Assembly (NCBI GenBank): GCA_015661005.1
Contig: JACTTX010000002.1
Span: forward strand, 856-64,855
Reading direction: 5' to 3'
From: Candidatus Magasanikiibacteriota bacterium
GTDB lineage: Bacteria > Patescibacteriota > Patescibacteriia > Magasanikbacterales > JACTTX01
DNA: 64,000 bases
The number at the start of each line of letters is the position of its first letter. Position 1 is the first letter of the stretch. A program made the position numbers and the translations under genes. The notes below the pieces were generated by a model. It was given only the letters and a program-made list of their open reading frames with translations. It was not told the origin of the DNA and ran no database searches. This document shows, in pieces, positions 54,752-64,000 of the stretch.

Positions 54752-57247
54752 CTATGTTATTTTCCGTGGCCGTAATTTTTTAAATTCGTGGACGATATCT
54801 TTACCCAATATCTTTGGCAATTCTGAAAATGAGGATAAAGGCGGAGCGGCGTCGGCGCTTTGGGAAGATCCGCCAATCGTATAACTTCTAACTATCATTC
54901 CCTTAGCCTTTAAGTGCCGATGCTTAGTTTCGGTAGCTTCAAAATCATCGGGAGCGCCATCGGAAATCTCGGCGGTGTAATGAATTGGCTGTTTTTCCAG
55001 TTGAATATTCTTTTGGCGCAAATCCGCTAATTCTTTATCCAAATCGCGCTCAATAAGCTCTAAGGTTTTATGCGTTGGCGTGCCACCGCTCGCGAGCTTG
55101 GTCAGGGCGGAATAAAACGCCCACTGTTCCTTGGGTCCCCATTTATCAGTTAAATGCAGACGCACCTCCCCGGCGTCTGAAGCTAAAGTTACCATAATCT
55201 TTAAAGGGAGTAAATCCGAATCTTCCCCTTCCTGGCGGCCAATGTAGGCGCACTGCATCAAGCCGTCAACGAACAAAAGCGCGACATCGCGCTGGACGTC
55301 CGCTTTAGTGCGGCCGCTCGCCCCGTCCGGCTCGCCCATAGAACCGGATAAATCAAAAGAAAAATAGACATTGATGCCGCCAAAGTGTGTTTCTATTTTC
55401 TCAACCACCTCATCTTTTTCAAAGCCGCCGGGGTTAAACTCGCGGGAACGGATATCAATTGCGGCCTCGACCGGATTTTCCAAACGGTCGCCTTCATCCA
55501 TCCGCACCGGCCCCCGATAATCATGTCCGGCCACTTTGCGCTCTTCCACGATCTTACGCCACTCCTCTTTCACCAGGTCGCTGATAGACACGCCGGTTTC
55601 ATCTTTAATTTCCCGCACGCGATCGAGCGCTCTTAAAAATTTCCGCGCTTGTTCAGGCGTACATTCGGCCAGCTCCGAAAAGTGTTCTTCGACAACGTCA
55701 AAACGCGATTTTTTCTTTTCTCCCCCGCCACCGGCTTCTTTCTTTTTTAGATCCTTTAATTGTTTTTTAGCTTCATCCGCGGATGCCAACTCTTCATCAG
55801 GATGTTCATAGTCGCCCTCGCCGGTTTCGCCTTCTAGATCACGTTTCTGTTCATCTTCATCAATCGTCGGATCGCCTTTTGGCGTTGCGTCTAATTTGAT
55901 CGCCCGACGACTTTGGCCGTCCCAAACTTCGAGCCAAGCGTGGCCGTTGTCGGCGTGCATAATCGCGTCACCATCTTCCGTCCGGTCTTTGACATAAAAT
56001 CCGGTGACATAACGAAAATCTTTATCTATCTCAAGAAGCGCACGACAAGCAAGATCATTAGCAATCTTGCAGTCCGCCTCTTTTTTCTCCCAAATACGGT
56101 TAAAATATTCAGCGGGTCTGGCGCGATAATAACGGTATGCTTCCGGACTGTTAGAATATTTCAAAGAGTTGTGAATTAGCTTAACAATTTCTCTTTTCAG
56201 TTTAATCTTAGGAAACCGCTTGGCTTTTAGTTCTTCAATTTTTACTTTCAGGTCATTAGGGATTTCACCGGTCATCCCGACCTCTCTGAATTTTTCCGTT
56301 TCCCCAATGTATAACCGACGCCCGGCTCGCAGATTATATTGGGACACACCGGCGGCGCTGATACGCAGATACCACAAACCGTCCTGGTTTCTTGAAAGTT
56401 CAGCTGATCCTTCGGGAGCGTCAGTTTGCAGATTTTCTGGATCAAACACCCAATCGTCGGGCAGGGGCAAAGATAGGGGTTCACCGCCGCGAATTTTTCC
56501 GAAAAAAACTTTGGCGGTAGATATTTCAAAAGATTCAGGCCCGGCTTCGCTAAACTTATTTTCTTCTTTGCTCCAGCGGCCGCTTTCAACATCAAAATTT
56601 TCAAATACCAGTTGCTTGTAATAACCACCAAAAAATGGTTTGACACGAAAGAGCGGTGTGGGCGGACCTTCTTTTTTCTCTCTTCCTGTTTCCATTGACG
56701 ATCTCGCCTCTTCACTGGTTGACGGCACATCATTTTCGTCCGGTTCAGATTCTTTTTCCTCCGCTGGGACTTCAGGCGCTTCTTTCGGTTTGGCCAAATC
56801 GGTCAGATCGCGGTCAGCCAACCATTCAAGCGCCGTCTTAATTTGTGTATCGTAAATTTTCCGCTTTAAATTCCAGGAAACATCCGTGTTGGTTAGTGTT
56901 TCAAAGACGTTGATATACCCACCCCTTGTTTTTACGTTCGCTAACGGTTGTATGAACTTCAAAACCCGAACATTAACGTCTTTAAGATCAATTAATTGTT
57001 TCTGCGCCAGACAAGCCCCCAAGGTATACAAAAACTGATCGGTTAAAGGTAGCCCGCTGTCGCTCGGGGCAGGCGCTACTCCCTTCATGGCGCTTTCGAC
57101 TAAACGGCGAACGGCATGAGGTACTTCTTGTTTCCAAATCAGATACTCCTCGGCATCGGTAGCGTCTTTAAATTCAAAAGCCGCCGCCTCTTTGCCGGTT
57201 TCAATGGTTGCAATTATGGGTCGTTTTCCTTCTCCGCGTTCAGGCAT
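54752..57247 (-). CDS. transglutaminase-like cysteine protease domain + von Willebrand factor A (vWA) domain protein
   Basis: 831 aa. TGase-like triad context CKIANDLACRALLE...HAWLEVWDG. vWA MIDAS motifs VYFSFDLSGSMG and ISDGAPDD. Lies 4 bp upstream of the paralog gene on the same strand. Confidence 0.75.
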   Translation of the reverse strand: MPERGEGKRPIIATIETGKEAAAFEFKDATDAEEYLIWKQEVPHAVRRLVESAMKGVAPAPSDSGLPLTDQFLYTLGACLAQKQLIDLKDVNVRVLKFIQPLANVKTRGGYINVFETLTNTDVSWNLKRKIYDTQIKTALEWLADRDLTDLAKPKEAPEVPAEEKESEPDENDVPSTSEEARSSMETGREKKEGPPTPLFRVKPFFGGYYKQLVFENFDVESGRWSKEENKFSEAGPESFEISTAKVFFGKIRGGEPLSLPLPDDWVFDPENLQTDAPEGSAELSRNQDGLWYLRISAAGVSQYNLRAGRRLYIGETEKFREVGMTGEIPNDLKVKIEELKAKRFPKIKLKREIVKLIHNSLKYSNSPEAYRYYRARPAEYFNRIWEKKEADCKIANDLACRALLEIDKDFRYVTGFYVKDRTEDGDAIMHADNGHAWLEVWDGQSRRAIKLDATPKGDPTIDEDEQKRDLEGETGEGDYEHPDEELASADEAKKQLKDLKKKEAGGGGEKKKSRFDVVEEHFSELAECTPEQARKFLRALDRVREIKDETGVSISDLVKEEWRKIVEERKVAGHDYRGPVRMDEGDRLENPVEAAIDIRSREFNPGGFEKDEVVEKIETHFGGINVYFSFDLSGSMGEPDGASGRTKADVQRDVALLFVDGLMQCAYIGRQEGEDSDLLPLKIMVTLASDAGEVRLHLTDKWGPKEQWAFYSALTKLASGGTPTHKTLELIERDLDKELADLRQKNIQLEKQPIHYTAEISDGAPDDFEATETKHRHLKAKGMIVRSYTIGGSSQSADAAPPLSSFSELPKILGKDIVHEFKKLRPRKIT

Positions 57248-57447
57248 TTTGACTCGTATATCAAGGTAACTCTAACATAAAAAGCGTAGCTTGCCAATTT
57301 GGCGCTCATAATTTCTGAAAAACATGACCGAATAGTGAAAGGAAAATGGGTGGAAGAACTACTGCCGATTCATTTGTTTTTAATTCCATATATGTCTGAA
57401 ACGACTATAACACGACCAACTAAAAATTGCAACTCTTTTGTCAAAAA

Positions 57448-60102
57448 TTAGATTGCTCCTTTAACGCCAACACTGCGGTATTTGCCCAAGAAAATCCGTT
57501 TTGCCGCTTCAATGATCGTGATCTCAACGGCCACAATGAGGAGAATCCACCCCCAAGCCGAAACCGTGAGCGGCACGACGCCAAGTATTTGCGTGAGTGG
57601 CGGAAAATAAATAGCCGCCATGAGAAGCAGAATCCCGCCGACCACGGCAAAGTTTAAATAGCGGTTGCCAAAAATATCGCGATTAAAAATTGCCCGCGGC
57701 AGTGACCGAATGCTGTAAGCGTAAATCAAGGAATCAAGCGCGGCGACCGCAAAAACTATACTCCGCGTTTCAGAAAGCGCCACGCCGCCGGCATTAAGCT
57801 GCCAAAAGAGACCAATCACGACGGCGGCGCTTACCAAAAAAGTAACACCCATGAAAGAGCCCATTCGCCCATCAATAATCGGATCACTAAGACGCCGCGG
57901 CGGTTCCTCCATCACGCCCTTGGTATCATGCTCGGTCGTGAGCGCCATATTCGGAAGACTGTCTTCAATCACGTTAATCCATAAAATTTGCGTCGGCAGA
58001 AGCGGCAAAGGCCAGCCGGCGATCATCGCCGCCAAGAAAAGCGCGATTTCCGCAAAATCATCGGCGAGAAGAAAAATAAAAATTTTCTGAATCGTCCGGA
58101 ACATGGCGCGTCCTTGGCCGATGGCATTCACGAGCGTATGAAAGTTGTCATCAAGAAGAACAATGTCGGCAACTTCCTTGGCGGCTTCCGTTCCTGATCC
58201 CAGAGCCACGCCAACATGCGCGCTCTTCAAAGCCGGAGCGTCATTCACGCCGTCGCCGATCATCGCCACCACTTCCCCGTTTTCACGCAAAGCCCGCACG
58301 ATTCTTAATTTATGAAGTGGCGAGACGCGCGCATAGAGAGTGATTGAGCGGACGCGCTCTCTTAGTTCAGCGTCAGACATTTGATCAAGCGCTTGACCCT
58401 CAATTGCCTCTTCCGCCGACACGGTCAACCCGGCGCGGAGAGCCACGGCCAACGCGGTATTTTTATGATCGCCCGTTACGAGCACCGTGCGCACTCCGGC
58501 GCGCGCCGTCTGGATCAGCGCCTGGCGCGCATCCGGACGCACCGGATCAGTAAGGGCAATAAAACCGATGAGCGTCAGCTCGCGGACGGCGTTTAAGAGT
58601 TCACCGCGCCGCGGCCGTTCTTTTAAATGACGGTGCGCCGCGAGGACAACCCGATACCCCTCGGCTGTAAGCTCCTCAAAGCGGCGTAAAATTTTTCCGG
58701 TGTATTCGGCAGTAAAAGGCTTTGAACCGCCATTATAATCAATCCGGTTGCACGATGGAATAAGAAAATCCGGCGCGCCCACCACTTCCAGCACATAATC
58801 GCCGTCAGTCCGCATGAGCGCAATACTCATCTTGCGCGACGAATCAAAAGGAAGATGATCCACACGCCGCGCATTTATCTTCTGCCAATCAATTCCCGCT
58901 TCCGTGGCGGCCCGCAAGAGCGCTTGTTCTGTTGGCGAACCGTGAATGATTAGATGATCGCGCGCTGAATCCGGATTCTCTATAAAAGCGGAGGAGGTTT
59001 GGACGATGGCCGTCAACGCTTTAAGGTGCGAAGCGTGATGATTATTTTTTGCGCGATCGGAATCGTGAAGAAGTTCGGCAAAAGTTGTAAGAATATTGGT
59101 GACGCGCATCTGACCGGTCGTAATCGTGCCGGTTTTGTCCGTGCAAATCACGGTAACGGCGCCGAGCGTTTCATTGGCAATGAGCCGCCGGACCAGCGCC
59201 TGGCGCTTAACGAGCCGCCGCATTCCAAAAACGAGCACAATGGTGATTCCGGGGAGCAGACCGGCGGGGATTGCGGATACGGAAAGCGCCACGGCCGAGA
59301 GAAACATTTCAAAAAGAGGAAGACCGCGCAGAAATCCCAATATGAACACGATGAGGGCAAAACCCAAAACCAGAACGCCAACGAGCCGCGCCAGTTCCGC
59401 AAGTTTTTTCTGCAGAGGTGTGGGCGGCTCTTCAATGTTCCTCACCGCGCCCACGATTTTTCCAAACTCGGTAGCGGCGCCGGTTGCCGTAACGCAGGCC
59501 GTCCCTTCCCCTTCAGCAACCGTCGTGCCAAGCCAGAGCATATTCGTCCGACTATAAAGCGGAGCGTCTTCCGGAACCGGATCAATCTTTTTTTGAACGA
59601 CATCCGATTCTCCAGTCAGCGCCGCTTCATTTGTTTTAAGCGCATGCGCTTCAATGAGCCGAGCATCAGCCGGCACTTTGGCGCCGAGCCGCACGGCAAT
59701 GATATCTCCAACAACCATATCCTCGGCGTCAATGACGCGCCATGATCCGTCGCGCAAGACAACCGCTTCGGTCTTGGCAAATTTACGCAGAGCAATGAGC
59801 GCGGTCTGGGCTTTTCGCTCCTGAATAAAACCAAGTAGGCCATTGGCGATGACAACAACCGAAATAAAAAAACCGTCTACCAGATGGCCAATCGTGAAAG
59901 TAACGGCGGCGGCAAAAATCAGAATATAACCGATCGGATTGGTAAATTGCCGGATGAAAAGACGCAAGGCCCCGAGAGGGCGCTCGCGGGGAAGCGCGTT
60001 GCGGCCCCACTGTACCAGCCGCGCCGCCACTTCCTTTTGGCTTAAACCGTTCCGGGCGGCGTCAATTTCACGAACGATATTTTGGGATGAGCGTTCACTC
60101 AT
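57448..60102 (-). CDS. cation-transporting P-type ATPase (P2-type, Ca2+/Mg2+-ATPase-like)
   Basis: 884 aa. Phosphorylation motif ICTDKTGTITTG, TGES actuator motif (LTGESD), hinge GDGVNDAPALK, about 10 TM helices. Confidence 0.9.
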   Translation of the reverse strand: MSERSSQNIVREIDAARNGLSQKEVAARLVQWGRNALPRERPLGALRLFIRQFTNPIGYILIFAAAVTFTIGHLVDGFFISVVVIANGLLGFIQERKAQTALIALRKFAKTEAVVLRDGSWRVIDAEDMVVGDIIAVRLGAKVPADARLIEAHALKTNEAALTGESDVVQKKIDPVPEDAPLYSRTNMLWLGTTVAEGEGTACVTATGAATEFGKIVGAVRNIEEPPTPLQKKLAELARLVGVLVLGFALIVFILGFLRGLPLFEMFLSAVALSVSAIPAGLLPGITIVLVFGMRRLVKRQALVRRLIANETLGAVTVICTDKTGTITTGQMRVTNILTTFAELLHDSDRAKNNHHASHLKALTAIVQTSSAFIENPDSARDHLIIHGSPTEQALLRAATEAGIDWQKINARRVDHLPFDSSRKMSIALMRTDGDYVLEVVGAPDFLIPSCNRIDYNGGSKPFTAEYTGKILRRFEELTAEGYRVVLAAHRHLKERPRRGELLNAVRELTLIGFIALTDPVRPDARQALIQTARAGVRTVLVTGDHKNTALAVALRAGLTVSAEEAIEGQALDQMSDAELRERVRSITLYARVSPLHKLRIVRALRENGEVVAMIGDGVNDAPALKSAHVGVALGSGTEAAKEVADIVLLDDNFHTLVNAIGQGRAMFRTIQKIFIFLLADDFAEIALFLAAMIAGWPLPLLPTQILWINVIEDSLPNMALTTEHDTKGVMEEPPRRLSDPIIDGRMGSFMGVTFLVSAAVVIGLFWQLNAGGVALSETRSIVFAVAALDSLIYAYSIRSLPRAIFNRDIFGNRYLNFAVVGGILLLMAAIYFPPLTQILGVVPLTVSAWGWILLIVAVEITIIEAAKRIFLGKYRSVGVKGAI

Positions 60103-60135
60103 ATAAGCTGAATCGTATATAAAGCATGAAGCGCG

Positions 60136-60963
60136 TCATTTCTGACACTTGGGACAAAAATGCGTTCCGCGGCCGCCAACGCGAATTTTTTTAATAATTC
60201 CACCGTCGTTGCGGCGACATTTTTCTCCGTCACGATCATACACTTTAAGAAACGGAACGTATGTCCCCTGCTGGCCGTGCGCGTCAAGATAAGCATCAGC
60301 GGATGTCCCGCGATTTTTGATAGCCGCGGTTAAAATTTTTTTGGCGGCCGTGAACATAATCTTTAATTCGGCGGCGGATAGCCGATTGGCCGGACGCTCC
60401 GGATGAACGCCAGCCGCAAAACAAATTTCGTCAGCGTAAATGTTACCGATGCCGGCAATACAGGTTTGCTCCATTAAGACCTGTTTAATTTTTTTTCGGC
60501 CGCGGCCGCGAATACATTCAACAAATTTTTTGAAGCTGAACGCGGCGGTCAATGGTTCGGGTCCGTAATTTTGCGCCGCCAATTCTTTTTGCAATCCGGC
60601 GTCATCCATCAATTTCAAAAATCCGAACTTGCGATAGTCCTCAAAGTAAAGATCATTCTTGCCGGAGAGAATAAATTGGATATGCGTGTGCTTATTTGGC
60701 GATGTTCCCTTTTTAACAATTAAAAACCGGCCGGTCATTTTAAGATGCCCAAGCATTCTTAACCCATTGCTTAATTCAAAGACCAAAAGTTTGGCGCGTC
60801 GGCCGACGGCAAGAATCTTTTTTCCTTTGAGCATTGTCCTAAATTTTTCTGATGAAACATTCAAGCGTTTCCTAAAATTTACAATGACGCCACGGATGGT
60901 GGCGCCAACAATTTCTTTTTGCAGTTGGCGACGGATGGTTTCAACTTCCGGAAGTTCGGGCAT
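60136..60963 (-). CDS. mutM: formamidopyrimidine-DNA glycosylase
   Basis: MPELPEVE N-terminus and C-terminal zinc finger C..C...CPKCQ. Confidence 0.9.
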   Translation of the reverse strand: MPELPEVETIRRQLQKEIVGATIRGVIVNFRKRLNVSSEKFRTMLKGKKILAVGRRAKLLVFELSNGLRMLGHLKMTGRFLIVKKGTSPNKHTHIQFILSGKNDLYFEDYRKFGFLKLMDDAGLQKELAAQNYGPEPLTAAFSFKKFVECIRGRGRKKIKQVLMEQTCIAGIGNIYADEICFAAGVHPERPANRLSAAELKIMFTAAKKILTAAIKNRGTSADAYLDAHGQQGTYVPFLKVYDRDGEKCRRNDGGIIKKIRVGGRGTHFCPKCQK

Positions 60964-60998
60964 AATAAGACAACAGACAACGCAAGAAGGGATAGCTT

Positions 60999-62597
60999 CT
61001 AAATAAGCGGCCTCCCGCTCATCTCCGGCGGCGGCGCAATCCCGAGCAGTTTCAAAATCGTGGGCGCTACATCCGCCAAAACACCAACCGGTTGGGATAA
61101 ACTCAAATCCCCTTCAATGGCGTCGTTACCCATCGCGTTTTGACCTTCCCATTGCTTGCCGCAAACAATAAAGGGGATGGGATTGGTGGAATGCTCTTTG
61201 TCCTTTTCACCGGTTTTTAGATTCACCAACTCCTCGCCGTTTCCATGATCAGCCGTGAAAACCAAAACGCCGCCATGCGCCAGCGTCAAATCCAAAATCG
61301 GCCCGAGCGCTTTATCAATCGCTTCCACGCCTCTGATTGTTGCCGCCAGATCTCCGGTGTGTCCGACCATATCAGCATTCGCGAAATTCATTAAAATGCA
61401 ATCGTACTTGCTGGATTCAATGGCCGCCGCGCATGCTTTGCCTAACTCCGCCGCCGCCATTTCCGGCGCCTCGGCGTATGATGCCACCTTGGGCGAAGGA
61501 ATAATCTGGCGATCCTCTCCCGGAAACGGATCTTCAATCGTGCCATTTAGGAAAAAAGTGATGTGGGCGTATTTTTCCGTTTCCGCCAAATGAAGTTGCT
61601 TGAGTCCGGCGTTGGCCAGAAGTTCCGCCAAAGAATTTTTAATGACGTCCGGCGGATAGGCCACCGTTACCGGCAAACCCTTTTCAAATTCAGCCATGGT
61701 GGCAAAAAAAAGATTTTGAATCCGCGGACGAGTGAACTTATCAAAACTCGGAAGCACAAATGCCTTGGTCAATTCCCGCGCGCGATCCGGACGGAAGTTC
61801 ATAAAAATGACGGCATCATTGTCTTTAACATTGCCAACGGGCGCGCCATTCTTCACCATTGTTACCGGCAAAAATTCTTCATCATACACTTTGGCGGCGT
61901 AAGACGTCTCTATGGCTTTAAGCGGATCTTCAAAGATGGGTGCGTCTGACGCTGATGTCCAAGTCATGGCGCGATACATTTTTTCCACGCGCTCCCAGCG
62001 GTTATCGCGATCCATGGCAAACATCCGTCCACCGAGCGAGGCAATTTCACCAACACCAATCTCTTTCATCCGGCTCATGGCGCGGCCGATAAAGTCCTTG
62101 CCGCTGTCAAACTTAACATCGCGACCGTCAAGAATGGCATGGACTTTAACGTTGGATATTCCTTGTTGTTTGGCAAATTGGCAAAGAGCGTAAAGATGAT
62201 CTTCGGCGCCATGGACGTTCCCCGGAGAAAGAATGCCCAAAAGATGCAAAGTGGAATTATTTTTTTTGACGTGCTCGGCGGCTTGAAGGAACGCCGTGTT
62301 TTTAAAAAATTCTCCGGTCACGATTTCTTTATTGATGCGCGGAAAAGTTTGATAGTACACGCGTCCGGCTCCAATGTTCAAATGCCCGACTTCCGAGTTG
62401 CCCATTTCTCCCCAAGAAAGTCCGACTTCAATACCGGATGCCACGATGGTAACCGCCGGATATGTCCGCACCATCCGATCAAAGTTTGGTTTTTTGGCGA
62501 GGGTAATGGCATTGCCGTCCGAAGGCGGCGCCACGCCCCAACCGTCACAGATCACAAGAACGAGCGGACGAGGACGATTGGCGGAGGCGTCAGTCAT
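60999..62597 (-). CDS. gpmI: 2,3-bisphosphoglycerate-independent phosphoglycerate mutase
   Basis: 532 aa; VICDGWG, EMGNSEVGHLNIGAGR, ILDGRDV, FTADHGN. Confidence 0.92.
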   Translation of the reverse strand: MTDASANRPRPLVLVICDGWGVAPPSDGNAITLAKKPNFDRMVRTYPAVTIVASGIEVGLSWGEMGNSEVGHLNIGAGRVYYQTFPRINKEIVTGEFFKNTAFLQAAEHVKKNNSTLHLLGILSPGNVHGAEDHLYALCQFAKQQGISNVKVHAILDGRDVKFDSGKDFIGRAMSRMKEIGVGEIASLGGRMFAMDRDNRWERVEKMYRAMTWTSASDAPIFEDPLKAIETSYAAKVYDEEFLPVTMVKNGAPVGNVKDNDAVIFMNFRPDRARELTKAFVLPSFDKFTRPRIQNLFFATMAEFEKGLPVTVAYPPDVIKNSLAELLANAGLKQLHLAETEKYAHITFFLNGTIEDPFPGEDRQIIPSPKVASYAEAPEMAAAELGKACAAAIESSKYDCILMNFANADMVGHTGDLAATIRGVEAIDKALGPILDLTLAHGGVLVFTADHGNGEELVNLKTGEKDKEHSTNPIPFIVCGKQWEGQNAMGNDAIEGDLSLSQPVGVLADVAPTILKLLGIAPPPEMSGRPLI

Positions 62598-62813
62598 ATT
62601 TTTGCGCTACAAAATTTTAATCAGATTTTCAATCGTGATATCAATATCATTTAATATAACCCTTCAGAGTTTTCGGCGCCATATCGCCGCTATGATATGG
62701 TATAACCGCAAAACGTCCATCTTTATGGCGAACAAAATAATGACTTCTTTTTTGCCGCTCAATAAAAAAGCTCGCCATGGCGCTTTTAATTCACGACCGA
62801 CAAGGTACCCGCA

Positions 62814-63044
62814 TCAACCCAATTTTTTCTTCATCTCTTCAAACTGTTTTTCCGTAATTTCTCCTTTAGCAAAGCGTTCTTTCAAAATATCAAGCGGCCG
62901 GTTGCCCGCGCCACCGCTCTTAAATTCACGGAGGAGCCAACGCGCAACCGCGGCAACGACCGCGATTATAATAACCCACCAAACAATCATCATCAACATC
63001 CCTAACCAACTAAATACTCCAGACCCGTAATATGGATACATCAT
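62814..63044 (-). CDS. SHOCT-domain small membrane protein
   Basis: N-terminal TM helix followed by DILKERFAKGEITEKQFEEMKKKL (SHOCT motif). Confidence 0.7.
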   Translation of the reverse strand: MMYPYYGSGVFSWLGMLMMIVWWVIIIAVVAAVARWLLREFKSGGAGNRPLDILKERFAKGEITEKQFEEMKKKLG

Positions 63045-63048
63045 AGAA

Positions 63049-64000
63049 TTATTTTATTTCCCGCTCAATTTCCATTAAACGATTATATTTTTCCACACGC
63101 TCGGAACGCGACAGCGATCCGGTTTTGATAAATTCGGCGTTCACGGCCACGGCCAAGTCAGCAATGAAGGTGTCCGCCGTTTCACCGGAGCGGTGCGACA
63201 CAGAAATTTTGTAATTATTTTTTTGCGCGAGGAGAATGGTATCAATGGTTTCCGAAAGCGAACCGATTTGATTTAATTTTATCAAAATGGCGTTAGCGGC
63301 TCCCGTCCGGATACCTTGAGCTAAGCGCTCCTTGTTGGTGACAAAAAAATCATCGCCGACAATCGTGAATTTGTGGCCATGCTTGCTGGTGAAAGATACC
63401 CAGTTGTCCCAATCATCTTCCGCGAGCGGATCTTCAATGGAGATGAGCGGATACTTCCGGCCCCAACCCGCCGCCATCTCCATCATTTTCTCCGGCGTAA
63501 GTTTTTTTCCTTCAAAGTTGTAAATGCCGTTTTCAAAAAATTCCGAAGCGGCCACATCCATACCGAGCATAACATCATGGCCGACCTTATATCCGGCTTT
63601 GGTGATGGCCCGAACAATAACTTGCAGAGCTTTTTCCGATCCGCCGAGCCGCGGCGCAAAACCGCCTTCATCGCCAACCGAGGTGGCAAAGCCGTCGGCT
63701 TTCAAAATGCCTTTGAGGGCGTGAAATACTTCCGCGCCCATGCGCACGCGCTCATTCATTTTATTATTTTGCGGAATAATCATAAACTCCTGCACGGAAA
63801 GGCCGGAGTCCGCGTGCACGCCGCCGTTAATAATGTTCATGGTGGCCACCGGCAGACGAAAATTTTTGTGTTTCAAATTGAAAGCTTGCCGCAGATATTG
63901 GTAGAGCGGCTCCTTTGCCGACGTGGCGGCGGCACGGGCCACAGCCAAAGAAACACCAAGGATGGCGTTCGCGCCCAATCGCGATTTATTTTTTGTGCCG
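63049..64000 (-). CDS. eno: enolase, C-terminal ~315 aa (N-terminus beyond window end)
   Basis: GANAILGVSLAVARAAA, MNIINGGVHA and SHRSGETAD. The reading frame is open to the window edge. Confidence 0.9.
   Translation of the reverse strand, partial: GTKNKSRLGANAILGVSLAVARAAATSAKEPLYQYLRQAFNLKHKNFRLPVATMNIINGGVHADSGLSVQEFMIIPQNNKMNERVRMGAEVFHALKGILKADGFATSVGDEGGFAPRLGGSEKALQVIVRAITKAGYKVGHDVMLGMDVAASEFFENGIYNFEGKKLTPEKMMEMAAGWGRKYPLISIEDPLAEDDWDNWVSFTSKHGHKFTIVGDDFFVTNKERLAQGIRTGAANAILIKLNQIGSLSETIDTILLAQKNNYKISVSHRSGETADTFIADLAVAVNAEFIKTGSLSRSERVEKYNRLMEIEREIK

Noticed and set aside
1-64000. CRISPR array, rRNA or tRNA genes
   Set aside because: No short direct-repeat/spacer array and no rRNA-like conserved stretches were seen. 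Intergenic regions longer than 100 nt (16799..16905, 17392..17549, 21252..21540, 24642..24900, 25207..25353, 57248..57447) contain no cloverleaf-compatible sequence.

Overview
All but five genes in this window are on the minus strand, and it reads like a Patescibacteria/CPR-type chromosome segment. Several protein ORFs in the track begin at TTG or GTG codons; where a start was moved to an internal Met this is stated in the evidence. The plus-strand genes are the methyltransferase, restriction enzyme, rpmB, tgt and two hypotheticals at 44402..45482. The main contents, in window order:

1. 1..16800: aspS (5' fragment), asnS, recO-like, ruvX, map, adk, secY, then the spc/S10 ribosomal protein cluster running L15-S5-L18-L6-S8-S14-L5-L24-L14-S17-L29-L16-S3-L22-S19-L2-L23-L4-L3-S10, followed by tuf. 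S5 and L15 overlap directly, so there is no L30 gene, which is the known CPR signature.
2. 16900..21540: an AT-rich accessory island between tuf and fusA that splits the str operon (S12-S7-fusA ... tuf). It carries ArsR, a DsrE-like protein, a class-2 quinone-dependent dihydroorotate dehydrogenase, a 39-codon remnant of an FAD/NAD oxidoreductase, a lipoprotein, a NYN/LabA nuclease-like protein and a Phd-like protein.
3. 24900..27610: an orphan HicB-like protein, an AT-rich type II restriction-modification pair, an M50 peptidase and rpmB.
4. 27700..36300: a large envelope thiol-redox locus. It contains a BlaI/BlaR1(M56)-regulated seven-gene operon with a triple-thioredoxin protein and Cys/His-rich membrane proteins. 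This is followed by DoxX-like, Trx-like, a CPIC-motif membrane protein, CcdA and DUF1573 genes. Shared TACTACATTAT operator boxes and an attenuator-like 5' leader are visible.
5. 37000..49430: ndk, uvrD/pcrA, tgt, queA, mltG, manC and a PAP2 phosphatase.
6. 49996..57247: the most interesting region, a diversity-generating retroelement (DGR). A reverse transcriptase ORF carrying the DGR-specific LGNLTSQ motif, which appears 5'-truncated, sits next to a non-coding, Asn-codon-rich template repeat (TR). Two variable repeats (VR) lie at the 3' ends of a 949-aa AAA+ (MoxR/AAA_5-like) protein and of a 321-aa paralog of its C-terminal domain. Differences between TR and each VR fall almost only at TR adenines. 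These genes sit in an operon with an 831-aa transglutaminase-like plus vWA protein.
7. 57448..64000: a P-type cation ATPase, mutM, gpmI, a SHOCT protein and a partial eno.

No rRNA, convincing tRNA or CRISPR array was found.
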